64,000 bases of DNA from Camelus ferus (Eukaryota), in assembly GCF_009834535.1 (NCBI RefSeq), contig NC_045696.1:82028001-82092000 (forward strand), in the 5' to 3' direction. The notes below the pieces were generated by a model, which searched no databases, was not told where the DNA came from, and saw only the letters and a list, made by a program, of their open reading frames with translations. A program made the translations under genes and the position numbers. Of the stretch, positions 22,501 through 37,800 are shown piece after piece. Positions within the stretch are counted from its first letter, which is position 1. The number at the start of each line of letters is the position of its first letter.

Positions 22501-25500
22501 TAAGTCTCTGGGCATTTTCATCTGGAAAGGATTATGTGGCTGGAAATTGCAATCATAAGTCTCTAAATGACTCAAGGGCTGTTTGTATCTCATTCCCTTT
22601 CCCTTTCTTTGTTTTTTGGCCCTAGAATCTACATTAATCCCAGATGTTTTGACTTTAATTTACTGCACTGTTCTGTCAAAAGGGAAAAACCTTATTTTTG
22701 ATAGCTTTCTAGCTCTGGTACCAGGTAAGGTGCGTTTTTGAAGCTCAGTTAGTTTTATGACTTTATTCATTCACACATTCACTCATTTATTCAGTAGGTA
22801 TTTACTGAACATTTAATATGTGTCAGACACCCTTCTGGATGCTGGGAATACAGCAACACAACAAATTCTCTGTCCTTACGGAGCTAGAGATAGATAGTGT
22901 AATATGTCAGATGATGGTAAGTTCTAGAGAGAAAAATAAAGCAAGGAAGTGGAATGAGATGAAGGAATTTGCCCTTTAAATTAAAGTGATGGGGAAAGCA
23001 TTGCTAATAAAGATGGCATTTGAAGAAGGGTGAGGGAGGCAAACATGCTCCGGGGACAGAAGGAAGGGCAGTGTGGCTGGAGTGGAATGAGAGTGGGAGT
23101 ATGTTTAGAGATGGCATAGGTAATTGTAATCCAGTCATGAGGAGATTATTAAACCCTTGGGTTTTTGCTCAGCATGCATTGGGAAGCTATTGGAAAGCGA
23201 TTTTAGTAGGGGACATTACATGACCTCACATAGGCTTTAACTTAGCTACAATGTTGAGAGAAAGTTCTAGAGGGCAAAGACAGAACCAAGGAGACCAGTT
23301 AAGTGGTTCCTATAATAATCCAAGAGAGATATTGGAGGCTTGGACCATGATGCTGACTGTAGATGTCATGAAAAATGGTTAGCCAGATTCTGAATATTTT
23401 TTCTCTAATATTTTATTATAGAAATTCGGATGTTTTGAAAATAGAGCTAACAGTTTATGCTGATGGATTGAATAAAGGATGTGAGGAAGGTGAAGAGTCA
23501 GGGATGACTGTAATATTTTGGCCTGAGCATCTGGAAGGATCTGTCAAAGCAGGTGTTGGAAAAGAAAATCAGGAGTTCAGTTATAGACATGATGTATATT
23601 AGACACCCACCTGTAGATGTTGAGTAGAGACTGGATATATGAGTTAGGAGTTCATTTGGGAGGTCTGGTGATCAGTGATGTCTTACACATCTCGTTGAAA
23701 ATTCAAGTCACAAGTGTACATGACTTTGCTACCAGTTGTGGAATATTATGTGAGAAAGTTTGGTAGAATGGAAGACATGAGGGACCTGGGTTCTAGGCTT
23801 AATTCTGTAACTGACTGCTGGCATGACTTAGGGTAAATCATTTAACCTCGTTATACCTCAGTTTTCTTTTATGTAAAATTAAGTTATCTAGTTGGATGGT
23901 TTTCAGTCTTTTCATCCAGCTATCCCTGGGTCTAGCTCAAGGAGAAGGTTCAATAGATGGTGCTATGCACTGAATTGCATCTCTCTCAAATTCGTATGTT
24001 GAAGCTCTAAACACCATGTGACTGAATTAGAAATTGGGCCTTTAAGGAGGTGATTAAGGTTAAATGAGGTCATAAGTATGGAGCCCTGATCCAGTAGACC
24101 TGGTGTCCGTAGTAGAGGAAGAGCCTCTGGAGATCTCCCCCTCTCTGTTGTGAGGACGCAGTGAGAAGGTGGCCATCTGCAAGCCAGCAGAGAGCTCTGG
24201 CCAGAAACTGAATTGCACAGTACCTTGATCTTGGACTTCCTAGCCTCTAGAACTGTGAGAAATTCTGTTTTTTCAGCTACTCAGTTTGTGGTACTTTGTT
24301 TTGGCAGCCCAAGCAGACCGAGATGGATGGGGTGCTGAGCCTTACCCTAAACTTCAGACAGAATAGTTGTGTGATGTTTGAATCTGGGAATTCTTAATAA
24401 GACTGCGTGCGGAGAAAGGGTTCTATTTTTTTTTTTTTAAAGTTTGGGAACCATTGTTTAGATGTTAATATAAGATTCTGTCAGGGTGTCTTAAATAGTT
24501 TATATGCATTATGGAAAATAGTGCCTATCACATAGTAGGTGTGTAATAAATATTTGTTGAATGATGAAGTTATAGGAATTATAATCATCAACTAGAGTAT
24601 GTAATGCATAGAATTAGTTTTAATTCTTGATTACTTCAAGTGGATTATCTTCAATTCAGAGAATCATTTTAGGATATTCTGATTGCCTGAAATTGCATTA
24701 TAGAAGAGAGTCTAAGTCCTGACCTCTGTGATGAGATTCTTCTGTTGCTAGTTATGAGCAGGCAGCCAATTACCAGGTGTATCTATTGGCAACATTATGC
24801 TAGTTGCCCTGGGGGTACACATGAGTCAAAGTCCCTTCCCTTAGAGACAGTAATAGGCATTTGAAGAACTATGCCTAGACATATCAAATAGTAAACAACA
24901 AACAGTGTATAATGAAGTGATGAATGCCCTGAGAGTTAACAGAAAAGAGATCTTTGAGTAGTTGGGAAAGGCTTCCTATATGGGACTTAAGCTGAGCTAT
25001 AAAAAATATGTAGGGTTTGCAGAGACGAGGACTCATCCTGAGCTCGTAATTCTGAAACAGCAGAGCTTAGTTTCAGGGATTCACTGCTGAATGGGATTCT
25101 GTATTAGTCTCCCACACTTCTGAGGATAATCTGCGCCAGTATTTTCTTGCTTGGTGCCGGGCATGGTATTAAGTGCTCAGGAGCCAAAGTGAACAAAGGT
25201 CTTAGAGTACAGTGGATGCAGAAAACAGACATGTAAACACAGGACATTGTGATAAGGGTTTTGTTTTACTGGAGTATCTTCTAATAACTTGCTTGAAAAG
25301 GGTACATGGAAGATAAATTTGGAATATTTGTAGGCCCCCCAATTCCCTCCTCATAGACCTTTTAAATAATTATTTGTACATAAATTCTATATTGAAAATA
25401 ATTTTTCTTAGGAAACTTGAAAGCAAGGACCATTGTTTTCAAAATTCTGGTACTGCCAAAGAGGCTGATTTTAAGTCTCATTATCATTCCTCTGGGGAAG

Positions 25501-28500
25501 TTGTTTCTTTTTCTCTTCAGTCATTTACATTTTCGTGTTTTCTTTAGTTTTTCTGGACTTCATGACATTGTGTCTAGATGTCATTGTGCAGAACACTTGT
25601 TGGACCCTCTTAGTGTGAAACTTAGTGTTCATGTGTATGAAACTAAAAAAGTTTTAACAAAAATTAATTTCCTTTTATTTTCTCTGTTCTCTTTCTGAAG
25701 CTCCTTTAGTTGGAAGTTGGTCTTTCCAGATCAGAATATTTTTAGCTTTTTACTCATTTTCTGTCTTTATCTTGTTATACTATTGTGACATATTTCCTTG
25801 TCTTTTTTTTTTTTAAAAACCTTTTCCTTTTACATTTAAAAGAAAACTGCAGTTCAGGTTTTGTATTTCCAATTTTTAAGCACATTTCCTTATTCTTTTT
25901 CCATAGTATTCTGTTTTTCTGTTATGGATGAAATATTTTAGATCTCCGTTGTGATACTTATCAGCTTTTAAAACACCTTTTTTCTGTTTCCTGAATAATT
26001 TATATTTCTTAGAAACTATCTTCATTTTTTTCTTTCATGCTACTGATTTTTCTCTTAGAAAAGTTTTCTCTCAGAATGCTTGGTTTTCTGCTTATATTTA
26101 AGGTGCATGATTATGTAAATTAATCAACATGGATTTCTTTCACTGCTCTGAAGATAGATGTGCTCCTAGTTAGACCTCTCTCCTTAGTGGAAAGGCTGAT
26201 TAGAGTTTCTGTGTTTGCATGTGGGTATAGCAGTGGGGTGACAGTGGGAAGGATATATCTTTGGCAGGTTTAGAATTGAAGGTATGCAGGTTGGAAGCTG
26301 GCTGTTAGGCTGGGGAGCGAGTAGTTTTCAGAATAATGAGGATTTTACTTCAAGGTACGAGTCCCCATTCTACAGTTCCAGCTTTTCCTCAGCAGTTCTT
26401 TGACTTTTTTAGCGAAGTGTCCTTTTTCTCCTAGGTCTCTATGCCTGTTGTTCTAGGTGCAGGAGGGGTGGGGTTATGGCTGGTGAATCTTGTTTTCTAG
26501 ACAGACCTGCAGATAATCAGTTCTTCAGTTTTTGGCCCCACTTCTTTCTTCTGCTTTTATGTCTCTAAATTCTGGGCCTAAACCCATTCTGGTCTATTTT
26601 TTCTGTATTCTGGACTGCAGCTTCCTGTCTGTTTCTGCATCAGTATGATCCCATCTTTAGATCTTAAAGAAATGCAGATGGTACCTTCCTCTCTTTCTCT
26701 GCTATATGTGTTTTCTTTTGTTTGTTTATTTTTTTTCTTTTGATACTGTTCTTTTATCCCCTGTTTTTTTTGTTTTTGAAAAAAACATTAAACCCACGGA
26801 AAAATGCTAAGACTAGGCAATGACCCTTGTGTACCCTTCATGTAGCTATCTATACCAGTTATTAAGTTTCTATTTATACACTGTTTTCCTGACCATTTGA
26901 AAATAAGTTGAAGATATCATGACACTTCAGTCCCAAGGGCTTTAGCGTGTATTGCCCAAGAAGGAGATTGTCCTACATAACCACAGTACCATGTCACATC
27001 TAAGAAATTTATTATCAGGATAGTAATATCTAGTATATGCCTCACAAGTCCTATTTTCCTTTAATATAAAAAGATCTCCTTGACTTTTTTTTTTTAAAAG
27101 AGCACAGGTCACCTATCTTATGGAGTGTGCTACATTTTAAATTTATGTGTTAGTTTCTCTCAGTCTTTTTTATTATCATATTAACTGCTTTTCTGTGGAT
27201 TTTAGTAGGAGAGAGAAACAATTGGGTGTGCTCAGACTATAATTTTCAGTATTTGTTGTTTTATAAACATGAATTGTAATGGCTATATAATATTCTTCAT
27301 TTTTTTAAATCTGTTTTCCTCTTGCTGGCAGTTTAATTTCTCATATTGTTTTGCTGTTATAAGTAAACCTGCATTGATGATTCTGTTATATATCTTTATT
27401 ACATATTTAGTAAGTTTCTTTAAACAAAATTTCCTAAGAGTACACTTATTGGGTCATTGAGGTTGTTTTTAGATCAAGAACTTTATAAATGATCAGTTTT
27501 CTCTAAAAGTATCTAAATTAGATCAACGACATATCAAATGAATTCATTATGAATTTATCTGAGAGAAAATTACATGCTTATAACCAATGTCCTCATCCTC
27601 TGTTATTGATTTTAGGAGGTACTTTTAAGTTTTAAAACTCACTGTTTTCAAGGATTTTTAAAAATATAATTTCAAATGATTGTTTGAAGCGTATTCCAAA
27701 ACTTAATAGCAGTCTAAGATAAAACTGTAAACTGAATGTTTGTGTGGTCATCAGGAGCTTTCCTGAATTCTTACAAAATATGCCAGTAGTACAGAAAAAG
27801 TGAAAGTCCCCTTCAGTCCTTCTGTCTCCTCAATGTGCTAGATATCCCTTCAGATCTTTACAATGCATTATGGACATACATAGTATAAAGAAATTTCTGT
27901 GTATGTGTTTAACACACATTTTTTTCCCCACACTGTAAACACAGTCAGGTATTCTGCATTTTGTTTTTACATTTAATAGAGTGTGTCTTCAGAGCTTTCT
28001 GTCTCACTCACTTAAGCTACTGCATGGTTGCACACAGTATGGTTGCACTTTATCTTGTATAACCATCTCTGCTGCTGGACAGTTACTTCCAATATTTTGA
28101 TTGTTTTAGCCTTGCCTCTGTTCTTTCTAGGATGTCAAAATCTGAAAGCAGTTGGAGATTGTGAGGGGGTTTTTTGCTTGTTTTGCTGTTGTTTTTACAG
28201 CTTGTATTGCAGAAAGTAGAAATAATGGTTTTCTATAATAAATAGGATAGACATTTTCTTTTTTTTGTTTGAAGTAGTTTTTTTTTTAAATTGAAGTACA
28301 GTTACAATGTGTCAGTTTCTGGTGTACAGCGCAATGTCCCAGTCATACTTCATTTCATATTAAAAATGTGCAGTCTCTTAAAAAGGAAGTCCTTCATGGG
28401 TAGATATTATTGCTTGAAATTTCCATGTAATATTTTACACTCCTGGGTATTTGAATTACTCATACATAAATTCCCACTGAATGAAGCAAGAAAATTTATA

Positions 28501-28825
28501 TGCTGCTTTAAACTGATAATAACAAAACAGTATACTAAAGTAAACATTAAAGAAAAAAAGGAAAATAGCATATTCTCTCTGATTCTAAAGTCTACAGAGA
28601 AAAGACAAAAACTTTGAAAAAGAAAATATAAATTATTGCCAAATTTTACCCCTGGTAGGCATTATTCACCTTTAATGTTTTGGTGACTATTCTTCCAGGT
28701 GTGTCTGTATATGGAAATATATCTATACCAAATCTAATAAGATGCAGTTTTATGAATATGTATTATTCTGTGTATATTACAATGCAGTCATTTTTCTCAA
28801 CATATTTTTCACATGTATGGTATAT

Positions 28826-28866
<41 letters not shown>

Positions 28867-31800
28867 TACATGTAGATATTAATATGTAATTACATAACTG
28901 CATTATATTCCACATGTTATTGTATAGTTTTTTCCACTCAGCAGTGGGTTATAAAGATATTTTCATGCCACTGAATATAGAGATACATCAGCCTTTTAAT
29001 ATCTGTGTACCATGTCTCTCTGTAGATACACCTGATTGATTCTGATCATTCAAATGGCAGCAGTGGGTCTCAAATGGGCTTTAGTTCTAGGGAGTACTCT
29101 GGGCCAGAGACCCTGTATAACTTCCTTTTTTGGGGCACTGATGAGTGGTTGAGAGTTAAGTGACATTTCTTGGCAGATTGTGGTTTTCTCTGTGACTTTT
29201 ATTGTCAATAGGGAGAGAGCTTCCAGTAATAGGGCTCAAGGAGTGAGTTCCTTTATGGAATGTGGGGCTTGAGATGTGAGGTGACAGGATTGGCCAAGGT
29301 TTTAAAATGAAAGAGAATTAAGAATGTTGAGATGGGATTGACAGAGAAGATAATGGAAACAGTTAAGGTCATCTGGTTCAGGTCAGCAGGGTGAAACAGA
29401 AAATAGAGGAGAACTGTATCATTTGTGGAAAGGACGGGACTTCTTGCAGAAATTGCTGCTGATCTGCTTGCCCTCATGGGTTGGACATTCATTAGTAGAC
29501 ACTGCCTGAAATGATACTTGCCCTATGGAACTTAAAAATAAACATAGTATTTGTTCTTTGATCTCACAACTTAGACCAAGTGAAATGCAGGTGGTTAGGA
29601 AGTTACTATTTAGTTTTCTTACTTCCTTTTTTTCTGTTTTAAGAATAAGAAAAACATTGTTTGTACTTTATGTTCTACTTCCTTATAGAGTACTCTTAGG
29701 CATTTTAGCTATCAGCCAATCATTTTTTAAAAAGACTTTTAACATTATGCTGCACACCAGAAGTTAACACAACATTGTAAACTGACTATACTTCAATTTA
29801 ATAATAATAAAAAAAAGGCTTTTACGTTTTTGTTTAGAGTGTGTGGTCTTTCCATACTACAGTACTTTCTTTCTTCCTTTTTTTTTAAAGAATCACTGAA
29901 AAAAGTGATTATTAAAACAGACATTATTACGGTAGAGTGACCCAAATTAATGAGCTATCAGGGTATAGGAAAGCACTGTGAACGCCAAACTATGAGTCAG
30001 AAAAGCTGGTCCAATTTTACCCTGCTCAGTGATTTAATCTTTGGAGCAAGGCTTTATCCAGAACATCCACTTGTGGAGTGGTATAGGAAAAGAATCAGTT
30101 TTTATAGGGGGGGAGCTTATTAATAATTTATTATATAGCATGTCAAGAGTTGAGCTAACATCACCATGCTATCTCTGCATTTTTACTCTGCTTTGTTAGG
30201 GCCTATACCAGAATTGTTTTTTCTCTCTCTCTTATACACATAGTGTCACTGTGTGTGATAGGCTTATATATTTAAACTATGAAGTATGCCTTAAAATTAC
30301 ACGGCATTCATTAACTTAATAAACTTATTGAATGAAGGCACTCTGACGGATATTAGATGTATGATGATAAATAACACATGGTCTACACCCTTAAAGAAAT
30401 TATTGTTTAGAACAATGAGATGGAAGTATATGCCAAAAGTATATGGCAGTTACAGAAGATAACCAGGCAAAAGGGAGAAGAAATAGTCAGTTCTACTATA
30501 GGGTGTAGGGATGCCTGAAAAAGTTTAGCAGATGATTTTTTGAGAAGGAGTTGTTCACTCAAGTGGGGATAGGGGTGGGTATAGGGGTAGTGGATGCTCA
30601 GTCCAATCCAGAGCATCATTACCAGGGCCATAGAGGCCTGAGACATTATAACACTGCGTATAGCTTCATATGGATAATGTGAAGGGTACGTATGAAGGAG
30701 TGAAAGGAGATGATGCTAGAGAAGTAGTCAGGGGAGATTGTTATCTAGGAGATTTTGAAGTAGTTAATATCAATTAAAATCAGGGGAAAATTATCTGGCA
30801 GGTAGGAGGAGACAGGATTCCAAGCAGGGAGATCAATTTGCAGTTGCTAAAGTAATCTAGCTGGAAGTGCTGTGGGCCCAGAGTCTCAAACCAAGTGATT
30901 CAAAATCAAAATGAAATTGAGGAGGATAAAGGTGTAGAAACAATAAGATGTGTAACTGATTTTGTGTGTGTGTGTGTGTGTGTTGTAGGAGAGGGAAGAA
31001 TTAGAATGACTCCCAGATAATCTGTCTTGGGGATTTTTAGAGGATGCCACTGGATATTTGAGGAAAGGCTGGTTTAAGAAGGAATAATAAGTTTGGTGTT
31101 TGAGCATGTTGAATTTGAGTTGGTAAGAGATATCCAGAAAAATGTGTTCTGTAAGTATTTGAATCTGGAGAATAAGAGTTTGTTGTCAAGGATTGAGAGT
31201 CTTCAGGAATGAATTGTTTGAAACTATGAGAGTAGATGTGATAATCAATTGAAGAATTGAAGAAGAGAAGTGTGAAGGACAAATTGAATTGAAGAATTGA
31301 AGAAGAAAAGTGTTAAGGACAAATCAAGAACAGTTTGAGGGTGGGATAAAAAAAAAGGCTTGGTAAAGAAGACTGAGAGAGAATGGTCTAAAAAGAATCC
31401 ACTGAATTTGTCAGAGGATATGGGTGATTTTTGCTAATAGGATTTTAGTGGTATGCTAGGAATAATAGACAGATTGCAGAATAATTTTTATATTAACTAT
31501 TTATGCACTGAATTACAGATTTAAGTATTTTATTAAAATTAAGGAATACTTAAAAGATACATTTAGGGAATTAGTTAACCAACTCTTGTGTACCCACTAT
31601 GCAGTTTTAACTTTTTAATTTTTAAATAATTATAGCCTTGGGAGTTAATAGTACAGAGAGGTCCTTCTATATAGCCTTCATTCAGCTTCCTCCAATCACT
31701 TATTCAGTTTAACAGATGTCCTGGACTAGTAAAAATGCTAATGTTTGAGGAGGGATTATGGAACTATGCAGGTAATGTGAATATGGATTCTGTACCCGGA

Positions 31801-34800
31801 CATGGTGCAGCCCTGGGATTTTGATTCTCATAGGAGCCTCTCTCCTTCACTGGAAGCAGTGCGGATGGCAGGTTTTCTTGCTGCTTCTCAGGACTTATGA
31901 GTGGAGCTTTTCCAGCTCCCTTTTCACAAATTGATGAGCCCTTTTGAGTATATTGGTTTAAAGTGGGTTTTATTTCCAGCTCTTCCCTGAAGTAGGCTCA
32001 AAATTGAGTCTTCTCTCTCTGTAAGGCCAGTATTCCCCTAAACTGCCTTGGTGTCAGCTGAAGCTTACATCTTTGAGTTTCTTTCTGGCACCTGGGAATT
32101 TCCCTCTCCTTTCCCCTTTTGTGAGTTCAGCTATAAATTCTAATTTTTCATGTTGATCTTGCATTTCAGTGAGGATATTTGAACCATGGATGTATTAGTC
32201 CAGTCTGTGTTGTTGCTTGAATCAAAAGTCTAATAACCTATTTCTTAATTTTCTCTGCATCGTCCACAAAAAGGACTTGAGACCAGATTGTATTACTCTT
32301 GTTAAAAATATTATTTATTTTTAAAATGAATAATACTTGGTAGGAAATTGGAAAGAAAAGGGACTACATGTCTTCGTTTGCCCTGTTCCCTGCCTATCCC
32401 TCCCAGTGTGCCTTCCCAGATACAATCAGTTACCAGTCTTTTATATATCCTAGAGATGGCCCATGGACTAGTTTATTCTTTAACAGCAGTTTTAAATTTA
32501 GTGTTTATAATTTAATTTTGTAACCAGTATTCAGGGTTTTTCCATCTGTTTGACAAGTAGCAGTTGTACTTTCTTCTTCTCTGAGAGCTTTTGAAGGAGA
32601 ATGTTATACTAATTATATGTTACATGTATGTTTTTATATATGTGAGTGAATTATTTGTGTTTTAACTTTTATTCATTTCAGAAACCCCTCAAAATGTGAC
32701 AGAAAATGACAAAATAGTGTAAACGGTTGATTTGAATGTTTTAAGTTACTATGTAGAATATTAAAATAATAGAGTCCTAATTTTGGGGAGGTAGTGGAAA
32801 TGATATTTTAAGATGCTAGAATCTTATGAAATACAATGAGGATATCCTTAAAAATGGTCCTAGTTGCTAACCACTAACTGCTTTTGTTTGCATATGTGCA
32901 AATAATTGCCCGAAGAAGTGACAGAAGTCTGTCAAAGATGAAGCCCTCTCTTTTAGGTTCCTTAGCCATAATACTTACATTGATTACCTAAGTACAGCTT
33001 GGTGAAATTCAGTGACATGGAAGCAAGAAATGGAAGCCTATGACCTGATATGTTTTCTTCCTTAGATCAACCTCTCTACTTCTCCTACACCTGCACAGTT
33101 AATAAGCCGTTCCCAGGCTTCCAGTTCTACCAGTGGCAGTATTACCCAACAGACTATGTTACTAGGGAGTACCTCCCCTACCCTAACGGCAAGCCAAGCT
33201 CAAATGTATCTCCGAGCTCAAATGGTAAGATATGAGCTACCAGATTTTCTCAGTGTTTGAAGACTTAAGAGAAATCAAAATGTTTCTTGATTTGATGCAG
33301 TAAGAGGCATTTTTAATCTTTAAGAAATGTTTAACAAACTTTTTTGTGTGTGCTTAGCTCTTGTACATTTTGTCATGAAAATTTCTTTTAGTCAGTAGAC
33401 CTTCTTGGTATATCAAACAGTAATTAGCAACATTGGGAAACTAATAGATTCTGTAACATAGGAGTGAGTATTTTTTAATATCAAATTTCATTGATTTCAA
33501 ACCTGTTTTCCTATTTTAACACATCTGAACCTGAGATGCATTTTATAATTGGTGGCATCTTACAGTTAAAATTGGTACTTACAGTGATCCTGAAATCACT
33601 GTATATCTTTGATGTCTTAGATTTGTGAAATGGTTAGAAATGTTAAAAACTTGATTGTTAAGCGTAAATTAGAATTTATATTGTGGGTTCTGCAGAAATC
33701 TGGCTTGGAGTTCCTGATAATTCACCAGATGAGCCTCAGCTTTGGCTATTTCCATCTTAAATTCTGCAAAGTGATTTATGTTCTTGTGCTCACTTTGATC
33801 TTTTGTTAATACAGGAATGTTAGTTTGGCTATTCTATATTTGAGTACCCATTGATTACCTAATTTCCCTGCTAGACTTCTTTAAGGAATGTAGAAATTGG
33901 TTGACATTTACTTTATTTGATGTCTTTGCAGGTAGCTAGAGAAGTGCTTTTTCCCTGATACATATACATATACATATATATATTATATTTATATTTATAT
34001 TTATATTTATATTTATTTATTTATATTCTTTTTTGTTCAATAAACTGAGTATATATCTGGATCCCCAGTTCTCCATTAAAATTGGAAAGAAAATTGCCCA
34101 TCATAATACTAACAGGAAACAATGATACGGTCTGCCTTTTATTTACAGATTATTCAGTAGACATTATCATATTTCTGATTTTTTTCCCCCATTAGATCTT
34201 ATTTGATTAATAATGTGCTTCAAAAATTGGCTGAACCATTTGAAATGGTTGCTATTTGACCATTTGTCACCTCTAAATGTGGTAATTTCACATGATTCAA
34301 GCAAAATAGAACATCTTTTTAGGTTTAGTGCTTTCAGCTGTTTGTACTGGAAATTACCTTCTTGTGAAAGTTATACTTCGTTTTTTAATTCACTTAAATT
34401 TAGTATACAAAGAACTGAAGTTCAAAAGATCCCTTAATTGGTAATTTTAATTTAAACAGAAATGGTTTTTGAGGAACTGAATAATCTTGATGGAATACTG
34501 AAATAGAACATTTACACATTCTTTGAAACAACTCTTAAATTTACTAAATTGGATTGGATAATCTGAGTGGATTGTATTATCTTTTAAATTAATGGCATTC
34601 TGTTTCAGTATTGGAAAAGACATTTGAAAAGAGGTGGTGATAAGTATGTCTTGTCTTACCTACCTTTCTTTCTTTCTTTCTTTGTTGTGAAACTTTTTTG
34701 CAGGCTGTTTTGTTTTGAATTTTGACATGTTGTGGCATTTACATTTACAATGAATATTTCTTTAGAAATAGTTTTAAAATCAAGAGGTAGACCTAGGTTT

Positions 34801-37800
34801 GTGCTATGGATTCTGTGTAGCTGAATGAAATACTATAGCGTAGTATGCGGCATTGTTATCCTTTGGGGTAGAGAGGACTGAAAAAACTTTTTGCTGTTTC
34901 TTTTCATGTTTCTCACTGAAATTTAATTTGCATTCAAGAGTAGTGACTATGGTTGCCCATTATAATGTCCATTTTATGAATCCTTCCACAGTAGTTTTAA
35001 GCTGGGAAGAGTTTAATAGCTTATTTGGGGCAAACTTTGGTATGAAGATTTCATATTACCAAAATACATTTTTTTTTTGAGCACTGATTTATTTTTCTAC
35101 TCATCAGAATCACGAGCTGTTTCAGAAATGTTTATGATTTTTTTTTTTTTTGAGTTCTCTATTATCAGAAACTTCTCTGTCATGTAGAACCTTTTGCTTA
35201 GGAGACAGTCCTAAACTGCATTGTCTTTCTGTCACAAATTTCAGTCTCTCTTGCCTGCTATACATTTTGTGTGGGACATGTTCTTTTGTCTTAGGGTATT
35301 TTTTTGGTTTTTCTGTCTGTACAGCTGATTTTCACACCCGCTACCACTGTGGCTGCTGTACAGTCTGACATTCCTGTTGTCTCGTCGTCATCGTCATCTT
35401 CCTGTCAGTCTGCAGCTACTCAGGTGAGCTTGTCTAGCTTCATACTGTAGTACTTACGGTCTGGACCTGGAGGTTAAAGATAAACCTACATTTGTGTTTA
35501 AGTTGCTGATGGTTTCAGTGCTCTTTGTCACACAATACAGATTAAAATTTAATACCGTGAGAACTTTAAGAAAGTTTTATGGTTCTGTAGAAATTGAAAT
35601 ACCATTAAATACGGATATTTAGGTTATTTGACATTAGTGAAAGTTAACACATTTTTGGTATGACATGATGTTTAGTTTTACTATAAAGCAGATTTATTTC
35701 TTTTATTATGTAGGATGTATTATTCTTCACATTCCTTTGCAGGCAGTTATGTAATAACCAAGTCAAGATGGATTTTAAGTTTAAAAATGAATTGGGTAGA
35801 TTTCAAATTTTAAAAATTGAGTAGAACATTACCCAAGTTTTTGTTTGTACTTTGTTTGGTATAATGGAAAAAAGGAACCTTAACTTTCTCTATCCACCAT
35901 TCACAAGAATAAACTAGAAGTTGAATGTAGACCTAAAGATATGGACCCAAACTATAAAACCTCTAGCAGAAAACAGAGAATAGCTTTATAACTCTGGGAT
36001 TGGCAAAGCTTTCTCAGATAGGACACAAAAAGCATTAGCCATAAAAGAAAATAATGATAACTTGGACTTTTTCAAAATTAAAAACTGTTCTTCAAAAGAC
36101 ATTGCTATGAAAACAAAGAGGCAGGCCACAGACTGAGAGAAAATGTTCACAACACATATTTCTGACAAAGGGCTTGTATCCAGAGTATACAAAGTAGGTT
36201 TACAACTCACTAATAAGATCATGAACAGTTTAATTAAAAATGGGCAAAAGACTTGAACACTTCACAGAAAAAAGATATACAAAAGGCCAATAAGCACACG
36301 AAGAAATGCTCAACATCATTAATCTTTACAGAAATGAAAGTCAAAACCACAAAGAGTATCACTACACACTTAGAATGGCTGAAATGAAGGATAATGAAAA
36401 TTCCACATGTTGGCAAGAGTGTGGAGCAACCATACCATAATACATTGCTGGGGAAAGTGTATAAAATAGTACAACCACTTTGAAAAACAATTTTCCTGTA
36501 AGGTTAAACATGCTTAACATGTGACCCAGCAGTTCCACTTGTTTACCCTGAGAGATTTGAAAACATGTATCTACATAAAGACATGTAAATGAATGCTTGT
36601 TCAGAATAGCCCCAAGCTGGAAATAACCAGTGTCCTTTAGCTGGTGAATGGATAAACAAATTGTAGAATATTACTCAGAAATAAAAAAGAACAAACAACT
36701 GATGTGTCTTAGAAACGTTACAATTAGTAAAAGAAGCCAATTGTCAGAGAGTACATACTCTGTGATTCCATTTATATGAAATTCCAGAACATGCAAACTA
36801 ATCTATAGTGAAAAGAAATTGGATTTGTGATACCTGGGCAGAAGGAGGGGGAGATTGACTGGGAAGGGTAATAAGTGATGGAAATGTTCTATATCTTGAT
36901 TGGGGTGGTGGTAACATGGTGTAAACATGTTTCAAAACTCACTGAACTGGCTTATTCATTTCATTGTATGTAAGTTACACCTCAGTAAAGCAGATAAAAA
37001 TGAATTAAATTGAGTAAATTTTAAATTAAAGCAGCTGAGTAGAATATTACTTTGAGACCCTTTTGGTATTTTTCTGTGGTTAATGTTTTAGATTGCGTAT
37101 GGCAGAAATTGATATATGTCAGGGTCACCCTTGGCTTCATATTTTTAATTTAATAATCTTAGTCATCTGGCAAAAACAAAAAAATAAGATAGCAACAATA
37201 TTCTTTGGTACTTTTCATGGAACACCTTTATTATTTTATTTAATAATAAATACCAGTTTTCATATATCATATAACAGTTCCTTAACTTTGGATTTTGGTT
37301 TCCATATTTACAAAATGAGACCTTTGGTTTTTGTTAACTTTAAGATTTTTTCAGCTCTCAACTTTTATATCTCTTTATGGAACGAATTTGTTAATGTAAT
37401 GATCCTCTTGGTTTTTTTGTTTTTTTGTTATTTTTTTAATAAAACCTAATAGAGCTAGACAATTATCAACTTCCAGAATATTTTAAATTTTATTTTTTAT
37501 TTATTTTTTACTTTGTTCCAACTAAGATTTTAATTGGTTTACAAGTAAACTGCAAGTACTAGCTCAGAGTTGTTATAAGGAATAAATGAGATGGTGATCA
37601 TAAAGCATTTAGCATAGTGCCTGGCACATAAGATATGACATGCCACTAATTACTGTTTTTGTTATGCACTGTCTAAAGATGAGTCACGAATTTGGTTCTT
37701 AAGCTTTCAGTAGCTAATAGTCAAGAGAGAAACGCAACCATTTAAAGGATTTGCAGTTTCCAAGGTAAAATAAACCAGTTATTAGGAAAATACAAATAAT

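Noticed and set aside
30565..30587. G4 motif GGGGATAGGGGTGGGTATAGGGG
   Set aside because: Deep intronic, inside a decayed L2; no context suggesting function.
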